The notes beneath the pieces are model-generated. The model was not told the origin of the DNA and made no database searches. It saw only the letters and a program-made list of their open reading frames with translations. Positions 1 through 8,914 of a stretch of DNA of 64,000 nt are shown piece after piece. The position numbers and the translations under genes were made by a program. Origin of the DNA: a virus (taxonomy: Duplodnaviria; Caudoviricetes); the IMG/VR virus record IMGVR_UViG_3300021592_000001, positions 1 to 64,000 of that record; one strand, written 5' to 3'. Within the stretch, counting starts at the first letter, position 1. Every line of letters begins with the position of its first letter.

Positions 1-66
1 ATGTAGTTATTGATTTTGACGAAATGCAGAGAAGAATCCAGGATTGGTGAAAGGGGAAGTATTGAG

Positions 67-188
67 GCCAGAGTGGCGGAACTGGTAGACGCTGGAGAAG
101 GCGCAGAACTCCCACAGGTAACAGGTCACTGCCTGTGATGGTGAGTCCCGGGCGCAAGGGCGTGCAGGTTCGAATCCTGCCTCTGGCC
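67..188 (+). tRNA. tRNA-like RNA (Leu/Ser-class D and T arms) with an oversized, non-canonical anticodon/variable region; anticodon not assignable
   Basis: GCCAGAG...CTCTGGC acceptor stem, TGGCGGAACTGGTAGACGC D arm, GCAGG-TTCGAAT-CCTGC T arm; ~121 nt versus ~85 expected; no encoded CCA. Confidence 0.6.
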
Positions 189-228
189 TCTTAGGTTTTT
201 GTCATAATTCTTAAACAGGAGGTCATTT

Positions 229-1956
229 ATGAGTGGTGATCCAGCTATTTATATTCAAAATTTATCTGGTAAGACCATAGTATTATCAAACGGGTTGTTA
301 TTGAGGCCTGGAATTGTCAAGCGTGTTCCTGGCAATATTGACATAGATATGATTATGCGGTATTCAGACGTTCGTAATCTTGTATCACGAGGTGAAATAC
401 AGGTAACCTGTAGCGGCTATGATTCCTACTATCCCGCTATCAACACTAGAGATCAGGTTGTGGAGCTTATCCATCGGTATGGAAGTCTTAGCTCTGAAAT
501 CGCTTCGTTCATGGCCCCGTTGTTCGATGACGAGTTACCCTCCCCAGATATCCTTCTGACTGACTCCAGACCGAATGCTCTGGCAGATGCTATAAATTCA
601 GCTTCTGACCACGATGTGATAATAATAGATACCGACGCTGTCTACAATCCTGTTACCATAACGAAACCCATTATAATAGCAGCAAATTCGAATCGCAATG
701 TGAAAATAAATGCGACTGGCAGTGTTTACGGTGTTCTGTTCGTCGACGGTGTTTCTGAAATCATATTGCATAATCTCGAAATATACGGGCAGCAAGGGTC
801 AAATACTCCAGGAGCGTTCGATAATGCAGGTGGTATATGTCTGCAGTCTCCCGCTCTCGTCAAAAATATTGTGATCAACAAGTGCTATGTTCACGATTGT
901 GATGAAGCAGGAATACAGTTCCAAAGAACCGCCAGTGTGACAACACAGCCGTCAAATGTAGAAGACCTCTGCAGAGGAATATGGATAACCTCTTGTATTC
1001 TTGAGAACTGCTCTCGTGTCGACAATACTGAAAATGGAGGAATCACAATATACGATGCCCGTGACGTGTTCATTCTCGGCAATCAGTGCTTCAGTAATTT
1101 AAGAGGAGTCCTGGTAAGTAATACCATCGACGCAGTAGTCCAAGGAAACTGGACTAAGAATAACCGCTATTGTGGACTCAAATTCGATACCGTATCAAGC
1201 GGTCAGTTCCCGAGATCTACAGGTATCATAGCTAATAATCTGTCCGAATCTGACTGCGTTAACGACTACGGAGCTGGAATTCGTCTTGATGACATGTCTG
1301 GTTGTGCTGTCGTAAACAATGTTGTATATAACAGCGGCAGGGACGGGATCCTTGTTGAAGACGATTCTGACTCCTCTATTGTTATGAACAATATCGTGTT
1401 CGGGTGTTCTCGTTATGGCATAAGAGTAGAAAGCTCCGTTGACAGAACCTTAGTGTTCAATAACAATTCCCATTCTAACGATACAGATTATCTCATTGAG
1501 GGGTCAACTCCTATCTCCATCTCAAATATCTCTGTTCCACCATATTTCCGTGATCCCTCTAACGGCGATTTCACGCTCCAAGACAAATCTCCTTGTCTGT
1601 TTGCTGGGTACAATATGATGAAAATGGGTCTTCTTCTCAATAGCTTTACTCGTCACGTCCCGACTATCTTGACTGCGACGTTCGCTCACAATCTTTTCAC
1701 TCACGTCCAAGGACTGCGACATGACTTCTTCCCAGAGAATGAGCGGTCTGGTTCTGTTGAAGTTTCAGGTTCTACTAGTGTAGATGTCGCTTTCAGATAT
1801 CCCCTCCCTAATAACAGTTACCAGGTGCTCTGCACTCCGAGTGCAGATGTTCGGTGCTGGGTCACAGACAAGTCAAGTCAGGGGTTCACCATTCACTTTT
1901 CTGCCAATTTCACAGGAGTGGTTGACTGGTTCGTCAAGCTGTTAGACCTGGCTTAG
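229..1956 (+). CDS. Right-handed parallel beta-helix (pectate lyase-like) protein, probable tailspike/virion-associated depolymerase
   Basis: Repeating GI.. and NN.. beta-helix rungs (GIRLDD, GILVED, GIRVES, NNVV/NNIV); C-terminal small beta domain typical of tail-fibre ends; AGGAGG SD. Confidence 0.75.
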   Translation: MSGDPAIYIQNLSGKTIVLSNGLLLRPGIVKRVPGNIDIDMIMRYSDVRNLVSRGEIQVTCSGYDSYYPAINTRDQVVELIHRYGSLSSEIASFMAPLFDDELPSPDILLTDSRPNALADAINSASDHDVIIIDTDAVYNPVTITKPIIIAANSNRNVKINATGSVYGVLFVDGVSEIILHNLEIYGQQGSNTPGAFDNAGGICLQSPALVKNIVINKCYVHDCDEAGIQFQRTASVTTQPSNVEDLCRGIWITSCILENCSRVDNTENGGITIYDARDVFILGNQCFSNLRGVLVSNTIDAVVQGNWTKNNRYCGLKFDTVSSGQFPRSTGIIANNLSESDCVNDYGAGIRLDDMSGCAVVNNVVYNSGRDGILVEDDSDSSIVMNNIVFGCSRYGIRVESSVDRTLVFNNNSHSNDTDYLIEGSTPISISNISVPPYFRDPSNGDFTLQDKSPCLFAGYNMMKMGLLLNSFTRHVPTILTATFAHNLFTHVQGLRHDFFPENERSGSVEVSGSTSVDVAFRYPLPNNSYQVLCTPSADVRCWVTDKSSQGFTIHFSANFTGVVDWFVKLLDLA

Positions 1957-1957
1957 A

Positions 1958-2051
1958 AAAAGCCCTATGTTTTATACGTACCCTAAAAATTTGACGCTGG
2001 AGAGCCTTGTAAATAAAGGCTTTCCAGCCCCGATTTTGGCGTTTTTAGCAA
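1958..2051. repeat. Left copy of ~94-bp long inverted repeat with internal 13-7-13 palindrome
   Basis: Reverse complement of 21864-21957 with one mismatch; core GCTGGAGAGCCTT-GTAAATA-AAGGCTTTCCAGC. Confidence 0.95.
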
Positions 2052-2100
2052 TTTCCCAAAACCGTTATCAGAGCGTAATGACCCCAGCGGAGGTAAAACG

Positions 2101-2442
2101 ATGATGGTAAATTTCTGTCCGAACGTGAAGTGTCCCAAGTGCGGACACGTCGCACCAGTTGCAATATCAGGATTCGGAAGGGAGGGATTAAACAGGAGGC
2201 TGAAGACCTGTTCCAAGTGCGGAGCCGACTTCGTGGTATCGGTCTTCGTTCAAACTGATCTGGAGACCGACACCACCGATGGTCACATAGCTTCCCTCGA
2301 AGCCTCCATCAGATATCACAAGTCCTTCCTCAAAAAGTCTCTGCAAGAGAAATCACAGATCCTAAACCGTCTCAAGGCTCTCACCCGAACCGAGAGAGAG
2401 GAAATCGAGCTCCTCCTCTCAGGAGCATCAGCCAGCGCCTGA
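2101..2442 (+). CDS. Zinc-ribbon protein with C-terminal coiled coil
   Basis: CPKC...CSKC; GGAGG SD. Confidence 0.6.
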   Translation: MMVNFCPNVKCPKCGHVAPVAISGFGREGLNRRLKTCSKCGADFVVSVFVQTDLETDTTDGHIASLEASIRYHKSFLKKSLQEKSQILNRLKALTRTEREEIELLLSGASASA

Positions 2443-2470
2443 GAAGTTTAAAAGAAAAAGGGAGGTAGAA

Positions 2471-3082
2471 ATGATAACTCTGCCAGTAAAGAAAGCCTGG
2501 AAACATCTTCAATCTACTAACTACGATCACCTCCGAATCGCCGACATCTGGCTCATCTCCTCCAAAGAAAGTATCCTCTCCAAACTAATACGATGGGCGA
2601 CCCGACATCAGCAAGGAGACCCAGTTCAGTTCTCTCACGTAGCAGGCTACACTGGATCTGGACACATCCTCGAAGCTCTCCAGTTCGTGACCGAGCGACC
2701 CGCTAAAGTATATTTCCGTTCCAATTTCACTCTTAAAGTAATAAGAAACGTGACCTGGACGAACCGACAGAGAGCCTCCATTCTGTTCCACGCTAAACAA
2801 TATCAAGGCTATCCCTACGGTTACGCTAAAGTATTCCTGCTCCAACTCCTCGACTGCCTATTCAAGACCGACAAGTTCACTCGTTATTTCTCTATCACTC
2901 CCTACCCTTACTGCTCTCAGCTCTGGGCTAAAGCGGTAGCAAAAGCAGGAGTCACTAACAAAATCAATAACAAATACCCTCAGTCAGTCACTCCAGATGA
3001 CTGGGACGACGAGTCTCTTAACAATCCCAATGAATGGTCTATTGTCCTTAAACATGACGGCTCTCTCTGTCATATCTTCTAG
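2471..3082 (+). CDS. Permuted papain-like NlpC/P60 (YiiX/YebB, peptidase C92-like) enzyme
   Basis: His before Cys order: FSHVAGY ... GYPYG ... YCSQL ... VTPDD. Confidence 0.8.
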   Translation: MITLPVKKAWKHLQSTNYDHLRIADIWLISSKESILSKLIRWATRHQQGDPVQFSHVAGYTGSGHILEALQFVTERPAKVYFRSNFTLKVIRNVTWTNRQRASILFHAKQYQGYPYGYAKVFLLQLLDCLFKTDKFTRYFSITPYPYCSQLWAKAVAKAGVTNKINNKYPQSVTPDDWDDESLNNPNEWSIVLKHDGSLCHIF

Positions 3083-3500
3083 CAGTCTATTATCCTTTAA
3101 ATATGACAGCTCTCTTTGTGTTGGCACTCTTTAAATATGACAGCTCTCTCTGTCAGGTCTATTATCCTTAAAGTTTAGCAGCCATTAAACATGATAAGTC
3201 ACCTCTAAATATGACAGCTCACTCTGTCAGGTCTATTATCCTTTAAATGTGACAGCTCTCCTAGTAGTCGAGTTTGCATTGACAGCTCTCTGTCGGGTCT
3301 ATCGTCCTTAGTCATTAAATACGATAGGTCTGTCGCCCTTTAAATTAGTAGTCACTCTTTAAATATGACAGCTCACTCTGTCAGGTCAGGTCTATCATTC
3401 TTAAAGTTTAGCAGCCATTAAACATGATAAGTCACCTCTAAATATGACAGCTCTCTCTGTCAGGTCTATTATCCTTTAAATATGACAGCTCTCTCTGTCG
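3036..3500. repeat. Irregular array of ~9 copies of TAAATATGACAGCTCTCTCTGTCA (TGACAG-N6-CTGTCA palindrome); origin/iteron-like
   Basis: Copies start near 3049, 3098, 3132, 3206, 3244, 3280, 3360, 3439, 3477; linkers are re-used (GGTCTATTATCCTT; AAAGTTTAGCAGCCATTAAACATGATAAGTCACCTC). Confidence 0.9.
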
Positions 3501-3800
3501 AGTCACTTGGTGAAGGCTTGCTGGGGGCTGGGGTCACGAAGGCGGAGGCATATATAGAATGAAGAAGTCACGTAATAAGCTATATCACCGCTCACAGGTC
3601 TGGAGATGTAAGTGTGGAGAAGAAGCATCTTATAATAGAGGAGAAGTATTCTTGTATTACAACGGGAGGCTATGTAAGAAGTGTAGGAAATCTATGAAAC
3701 TAGAGATTGGGAATACATCTAGCAAGAGATAGTTCCAAATAGGAAACTTATAGTATATTAATGAATCCCTGGATAGTTATAGCTTATAAGAGGAGGAAAT

Positions 3801-3968
3801 ATGGCACTACCAATAAAACCTACTCCAGTTTTGAATGAGAAAAAATCATTGGAATTTCTGAAGAAAGTGGAAAGGGACTTGAAGAAGCCTACAGGATCAA
3901 AAGACACCTCAAAGGCAATTGAGGCAAAAAAGATTGCTATGACTCATGCTGTCTTGGGACCGAAATAA
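3801..3968 (+). CDS. 55-aa protein (MALPIKPTPVLNEK...) resembling small antitoxin-like partners of GNAT toxins
   Basis: Not in ORF track; AGGAGG SD 4 nt upstream; MAxPIxxTPVL motif recalled from ORFs preceding GNAT acetyltransferases. Confidence 0.5.
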   Translation: MALPIKPTPVLNEKKSLEFLKKVERDLKKPTGSKDTSKAIEAKKIAMTHAVLGPK

Positions 3969-4044
3969 AATCGAAACTAAAGATTGGGAATTTGTTCAAG
4001 TTTTGATTTTTGACTGCGTATTCTACTCGGAATACGATAGCTGA
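3946..4044 (+). pseudogene. Possible truncated GNAT-toxin N-terminus (MLSWDRNKIETKDWEFVQVLIFDC...)
   Basis: Overlaps end of 3801 ORF as in TA operons; FDC motif like the N-terminal FxCG of GNAT toxins; stops after 32 aa. Confidence 0.3.
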
Positions 4045-4215
4045 CAGAGTGGAAAAGTTGGTAAATCGTAAGACCGAAAGGGACTCAATCAGTCCACTCA
4101 CATAAACCGCCTAATTTTCAGTTAGTCCTTCAAAAGAAAACTATTTTTTGCTGGGTCTTGGTTTGATTGTTATGATCGTTCTATGGATTATTCTCTAGGA
4201 AAGAGAGGTAGTGAC

Positions 4216-4518
4216 ATGGATCGTGCAAAATTTACAGAAGTGATTGAATTCCTTGTTAGGGATAAGCATCTGGTGTCTTTGGCTACATTAAAATCTATGA
4301 CAGGAAGCTTACGGGAAGCCAAAGAGAGATTCGAGAAGGTCGGAACTTGTCTTTCGGACTATCTTTCCTATCTTGATTATGGTATTTGTGATATGTGCAC
4401 CGAGGGATGTGTAGGGGAATACAATATTAGGGATAGATGTAAGAAGTTCAAGTTAGACGGTGATCGCCTGCTCAAGTTCGAGGACTTCTGCAGGCGGGAG
4501 GGGAAGTCATGGGAATAG
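4216..4518 (+). CDS. Hypothetical Cys-containing protein
   Basis: GAGG SD before ATG 4216; CxxC..C motif. Confidence 0.5.
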   Translation: MDRAKFTEVIEFLVRDKHLVSLATLKSMTGSLREAKERFEKVGTCLSDYLSYLDYGICDMCTEGCVGEYNIRDRCKKFKLDGDRLLKFEDFCRREGKSWE

Positions 4519-4798
4519 AGGAATACCTTTTGTTAGCTCTCGGTCTTGTTATGACATCTATAGTTATATGGATCGTCGTATGAAGGTCTTGTTTGTTCTA
4601 TTAAGGGAAGTCTGTGATTGCTCCGTGGATTCCTTTTATATAGACTATCGGGATGGTATAGTAGATGAGTGGTTAAGTTTTGAGGAGGAGCGTCCGAAGG
4701 TCTGTCACTACAGGGCAATCTTGTTTCGTGACAGGGATAGCCTCAACAAGAGAATGAGGTGAAGGACGCTATTCTGTTGAAGGTACAGGAGGTATGTT

Positions 4799-5410
4799 AT
4801 GGACGTGAAACTGATTAGACTGGAGGAGAGTGAAATCACGATAGGTGTTCTCCTATTGAATGGTGCGATGGAGTGCTTCGTGGCAGAACCTCCGTGGCGT
4901 GACAATAGACCGTCTGTTTCCTGTGTTCCTGAGGGTATTTATACCTGTATTAGAAGATATTCTCATAAAGTCGATGGGGACACGTTCGAACTTGTGGATG
5001 TTCCTGGTAGGGAGAACATAATCATTCACTGGGGTAATACTATAGAAGATACGGAAGGTTGTCTTCTTACTGGGACGGTCGTAGGATATCTTTCGCCGGA
5101 CAAGAGACGAGCGAGCATGACACCCGTTGACGGATACAGGAGAGCGGTCTTAAGGTCTAAGGCTGCATTCAGACGTTTCATGGGAAGAATGAATGACGTG
5201 AACGAGTTCAAGCTCAATATAACAAGACCGAGTGAAGTTCTCTGGTGTAGGAAGTGTCCGACGAGTCCTTTTTGCGACCCGGACAATTGTAAATGGGAAG
5301 TGAAAGATCTGCTGGAGAATCTGGTCCGATTACAGAATCGGGTAAAAGCTTCAATGGAACAGTGTGATCAGATCATTGAGGCTCTCGTGAGAATTCTCGA
5401 GGAAGACTGA
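4799..5410 (+). CDS. DUF5675 family (L,D-transpeptidase-like) protein
   Basis: EPPWRDN..SCVPEGIY ... VPGRENIIIHWGNT..DTEGCLL motif. Confidence 0.85.
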   Translation: MDVKLIRLEESEITIGVLLLNGAMECFVAEPPWRDNRPSVSCVPEGIYTCIRRYSHKVDGDTFELVDVPGRENIIIHWGNTIEDTEGCLLTGTVVGYLSPDKRRASMTPVDGYRRAVLRSKAAFRRFMGRMNDVNEFKLNITRPSEVLWCRKCPTSPFCDPDNCKWEVKDLLENLVRLQNRVKASMEQCDQIIEALVRILEED

Positions 5411-5412
5411 TG

Positions 5413-5478
5413 AGGACACTCGCTACTTCTGTAGAGCTTTCGCCTCCTTTCCTCTTGGGAGTTGCGGGTGTCCTTTTT
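5413..5478 (+). terminator. Long intergenic hairpin with anti-SD (CCTCC) in its loop followed by a T-tract
   Basis: AGGACACTCGC pairs with GCGGGTGTCCT; loop CTTTCGCCTCCTTTC. Confidence 0.55.
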
Positions 5479-5501
5479 CCCTTCTAAGGAGTGTTATTGC
5501 G

Positions 5502-5975
5502 ATGGCTAAGTTTAAGTGTCACGTCTGTGGGAGGTGTCTTCCCACAGACGTCAAGCACGATCATCACATCATTCCTCGGTCGGTTCGCAAGACCGAGGAA
5601 ACGGTGGAACTCTGTCCTCTCTGTCACTCCGCAGTTCATCGTATCGCTCAGATCGTTCTGAGCGGGTCTGGCTACGGTGAACTTCGTGAGATGATACGTG
5701 AAACCTATCCCGACCGTGACGTGGCTCTCCGAGCGACGGGACTAGCTAGGGCTATCGTTGAAGCTACTATCCTCGCTGAAGACAATCCCAGTCCGTCTGG
5801 CTCTCCCGTGTCCCTCCGTATTTATCTGACACCAGAGGAGCGAAGTCTCCTCAAGCTCGCCGCTAGAGATTCCAACCTTTCTGTCACCGCTTACATCAAG
5901 TCAGTCGTGAGATCTCTTATTCTCAAGTTCAAAAATAAATCTGATGATTCTAACAATTCGCCTCACTACTTATAG
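5502..5975 (+). CDS. HNH endonuclease domain fused to C-terminal ribbon-helix-helix-like domain
   Basis: CxxC..HDHHIIPRS..LCPLCH; C-terminal LRIYLTPEERSLLKLAA..SVTAYI. Confidence 0.75.
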   Translation: MAKFKCHVCGRCLPTDVKHDHHIIPRSVRKTEETVELCPLCHSAVHRIAQIVLSGSGYGELREMIRETYPDRDVALRATGLARAIVEATILAEDNPSPSGSPVSLRIYLTPEERSLLKLAARDSNLSVTAYIKSVVRSLILKFKNKSDDSNNSPHYL

Positions 5976-5983
5976 GAGGAAAA

Positions 5984-6523
5984 TTGGAAATGAGAGTCCG
6001 TGTTTTACCTGAATACTGCCTGCGGGTGAAGAAGCTGGTGTATAACTCCCGAATACCCGACTTGTGCAAACTTCCCTATCCTGGACACCCGTCGGGATGT
6101 CCTAACTACGGTAAGAAACCTGACTGTCCTCCTCAAGCTCCATTTGTGACAGACATACTGGATGTGAACCGCAAAATGTATTTAGTATATTCGGAGTTTG
6201 ACCTGGAGAGTCATGTTCGCAGGATGAAGGAGAAACATCCTGACTGGTCAGATCGACAGCTCCGAAACGTGATCTACTGGCAGGGGACCTCCAAGTCTCA
6301 GCTACGTCATCGGGCTCTTCGGGTCTTGAGTATAGTCAATGCAGACGTGGCCATACTGAAGGGTGAAGCTCATGGCGTCAATCTATACGTCACCTGTAGT
6401 AAGTCTGGTCTCAAGCTAGAGCGTATTCGTGATCTTCGTATCTGTCATCATGTCGCTCTGGTCGGATGGCTGCCTGAGAACGTTTCCAACCTACCTAAAT
6501 TACCTTCCCTAATAGTCAGGTGA
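5984..6523 (+). CDS. DUF2284-like predicted metal-binding protein
   Basis: CKLPY..GCPNYGKKPDCPP and EAHGVNLYVTC motifs. Confidence 0.65.
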   Translation: MEMRVRVLPEYCLRVKKLVYNSRIPDLCKLPYPGHPSGCPNYGKKPDCPPQAPFVTDILDVNRKMYLVYSEFDLESHVRRMKEKHPDWSDRQLRNVIYWQGTSKSQLRHRALRVLSIVNADVAILKGEAHGVNLYVTCSKSGLKLERIRDLRICHHVALVGWLPENVSNLPKLPSLIVR

Positions 6524-6541
6524 CGGAAGTCTTTCCGTCAC
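6520..6541 (+). terminator. Perfect hairpin at gene end
   Basis: GTGACGGAA-GTCT-TTCCGTCAC. Confidence 0.55.
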
Positions 6542-6542
6542 T

Positions 6543-6650
6543 TGCCTACCTACTGATACCTATCACTTATTGATACCTGTCAATACCTGATACCTGTCCT
6601 ACCTGTCACTTATTGATACCTGTCATACCTGTCAATACCTGACACCTGTC
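6543..6650. repeat. Dense short-repeat array of (TGA)TACCTGTC(A)
   Basis: About ten imperfect TACCT(GTC) units in ~110 bp. Confidence 0.85.
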
Positions 6651-6851
6651 GTCCAGGGTCTTGTCCTACCCGTGACTGCATAACCTACCAAAATCATTAG
6701 GTTTTCCCAAAATCACCAAGAAAAGGTGTAAGTTTGTTATAAACCCTTAAAATCATTGGACTTTTTGGTAGGCAATTTCGCACTTAAAATGCTAAAAATA
6801 AGCCATTTTTACCAGCACTGGTCACGGCAGGGCGCCAAATTTGTGATTTTG

Positions 6852-6924
6852 TTTGTAAACCCTTAAAATCATTAGGTTTTTGGTCGCATGTTTTCTTGCA
6901 TATTATATATAAATATGTTACTAT
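6852..6924 (+). promoter_or_regulatory. Sigma70 early promoter with conserved upstream box
   Basis: TTGCAT(6896)-17-TACTAT(6919), extended TG; AAACCCTTAAAAT starts 39 nt before -35. Confidence 0.75.
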
Positions 6925-6984
6925 TTAGGCAAATAATAAATAACAGCTTGCTAAAAATAATACCTTGCTTAAAAGGAGGTAGGT

Positions 6985-7149
6985 ATGTTAGCTGGAAAGA
7001 CTAATTGTGAGACCTGTCCCTGGTGGGACGGTCATAGTGGATGTTGGTTAACAGGAGGCAGTAATTACAACTGTCCTCTGGAAGGGAAAGGGAAAGGAAC
7101 TAATCCCTCCGACGAGGCTCGCAAAGATTCCGAGCCTTCTGGGGGCTAA
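6985..7149 (+). CDS. 54-aa Cys-rich first early protein (MLAGKTNCETCPWW...)
   Basis: AAGGAGGT SD, directly downstream of promoter; below ORF-track cutoff. Confidence 0.55.
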   Translation: MLAGKTNCETCPWWDGHSGCWLTGGSNYNCPLEGKGKGTNPSDEARKDSEPSGG

Positions 7150-7207
7150 TCTCTTAGTCCTTTCCCTTTTATATAATTAAATATAATTTTAAAGAAAGGA
7201 GGTATAT

Positions 7208-7942
7208 ATGATAGTCGAAAGAACAGAACGGAGTATTCAAGTCTGTATAACAGACTTGGATATAAGAGAGAAAGCAACAATTTCCGAAAAGAAAGCGCTA
7301 AAGCTACTAAGGGAAATTGGGGATGAACTCGAAGCAATTGTCCCTAAGCTTATAAAGCACAAGCTTTTGGAAAAGGGGTATATAATACCCGCTTGCTTGC
7401 GATAAAGATGAAGAGGAGGTAAACATGAAGAAAAAAATAGATGTAGATATTACTCTCTATCGTGGAGACGCTATCGTCGAGGGAGGTATCGACGGACTAT
7501 ATAGCGGCTCCTTCGCTTCCCTCCAAGAGGCAAAAGAAAAGGTGGATCGATTATGGGACTGCTATGCGTATGCGTGGCATGTGACAAGCATTATAGCCAG
7601 CTCCAGAAGGAGCGGCGAAATTCTCTACGAAAGGAAAAAATAATGGAAATGGAATATATCTCCTCTATAGAAAACGGTCTTCTCACCACGGCCTCTGTGA
7701 CTATACGTCACAGTGAGAGCGAGTGGGAGTGGTGGGAAAGTGTTGCTAAAAAGTTAAATCCATCGCTTTCATCCCCCTTTGAGGAAGACGAGGGGATAGT
7801 ATGGATAGACCGAACTACCCATAGAGCTACGTCGCTAGGTGTAGAAGAAGCTATTATTCTTTTCGCTTCGATCGTGAACCATCTGCTGACGGCTCCAGGG
7901 TCTTCTCAGGTAACTTTGGAAATATTAATTGAAAGGAGGTAA
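7208..7942 (+). CDS. Run of three small hypothetical early genes (7208-7405, 7425-7643, ~7643-7942)
   Basis: Strong SDs and translational coupling. Confidence 0.55.
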
Positions 7943-7947
7943 AAGCA

Positions 7948-8451
7948 ATGAAAAAATATTTGACGGCGACGATTTCGCCTTCAATGATTCCCTCCTCCCT
8001 CCGAGGACTTGCAATCCTCGAGATTTTTGAAATCGAAGAGTTCACTTTCGGGAGGCAAGTGAAAAAGTACAGAGACGAAGTGATCCCAGCAGTAGGACAC
8101 GAAAACACCGCTCGCTTCTTGGAAAAGCGATTGGCATTACTTAATACCAATCTGTTCAGCAGAGTCAATGTCACTCTCGAACCTGGTGACATTGTTTATG
8201 CTGCCATACCCCAGGTTCGCCTCCCTGAGGCGACCGAATTTTCTGATGAGCAAATTCAGTCTGCTCCCTTCCGATTCTTCGTCGGGGAGCTGCGTCCTAC
8301 AAAGGCATGGGAAATCTTGCATAATAACGACTCAGAAGCAGAAAGGAGGTGGAAAAGAAAAGTAAAAGAAAGAGCGGCGAAAAAGAGAGAAGCTGTAGTA
8401 ATGAAGAAAGCGAAGGCAAGAGCAACGGAATCGAACGAGGAAGGAAATTAA
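7948..8451 (+). CDS. DUF1874 / STIV B116 / YddF-like DNA-binding protein with basic C-terminal extension
   Basis: AVGHENTARFL ... SRVNVTLEPGD ... RLPE motif. Confidence 0.7.
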   Translation: MKKYLTATISPSMIPSSLRGLAILEIFEIEEFTFGRQVKKYRDEVIPAVGHENTARFLEKRLALLNTNLFSRVNVTLEPGDIVYAAIPQVRLPEATEFSDEQIQSAPFRFFVGELRPTKAWEILHNNDSEAERRWKRKVKERAAKKREAVVMKKAKARATESNEEGN

Positions 8452-8483
8452 CAATAATAACAACATAAATAGGAGGGCTTAAT

Positions 8484-8891
8484 ATGATAGTAAAAGGAGA
8501 AGTAAAGAAAGGAGCTATGATTGAAGGAGTAGACGTTAATGGCAAAAAGGTAAAAGGCAGAATTTATGTAGTAAGGAAATCAAAGGGGTTTGTTCGTATA
8601 GAGGATAAGAAAGGGAATAGATTCAAAATAGAGATTGAGGAAGGCAAGAAAAAGAAAAGAAATAAAAAGAAGGTAAAAGACGAGAAGAAGGTAACTGGGA
8701 AAAGGACAAGGGAAGCTTTCGGAGGCTACGCTATTTCGTTCAAAGGATGTAAAGCTTCTCTGGAAGATGTATTCGGAAAGAAACCAATTCCTCCTAGCCA
8801 AATGACAAAGTTGTTATGGGAGTACATTAGGGAAAAGGGGCTAGGAGGGAAAGAGAAAGACAAAAAGAAGAAAAATAAGAAGAAAAAATAG
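8484..8891 (+). CDS. Lys-rich protein: SH3/KOW-like N-domain plus SWIB/MDM2-like C-domain
   Basis: LEDVFGKKPIPPSQMTKLLWEYIREKGL matches the SWIB pattern; N-domain paralogous to 14348. Confidence 0.65.
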   Translation: MIVKGEVKKGAMIEGVDVNGKKVKGRIYVVRKSKGFVRIEDKKGNRFKIEIEEGKKKKRNKKKVKDEKKVTGKRTREAFGGYAISFKGCKASLEDVFGKKPIPPSQMTKLLWEYIREKGLGGKEKDKKKKNKKKK

Positions 8892-8914
8892 AAAAGTAGA
8901 AGAAGGAGGGAGCA

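Noticed and set aside
3036-3500. CRISPR array
   Set aside because: Spacing is irregular, intervening sequences are re-used rather than unique, repeats vary, and no cas genes are present
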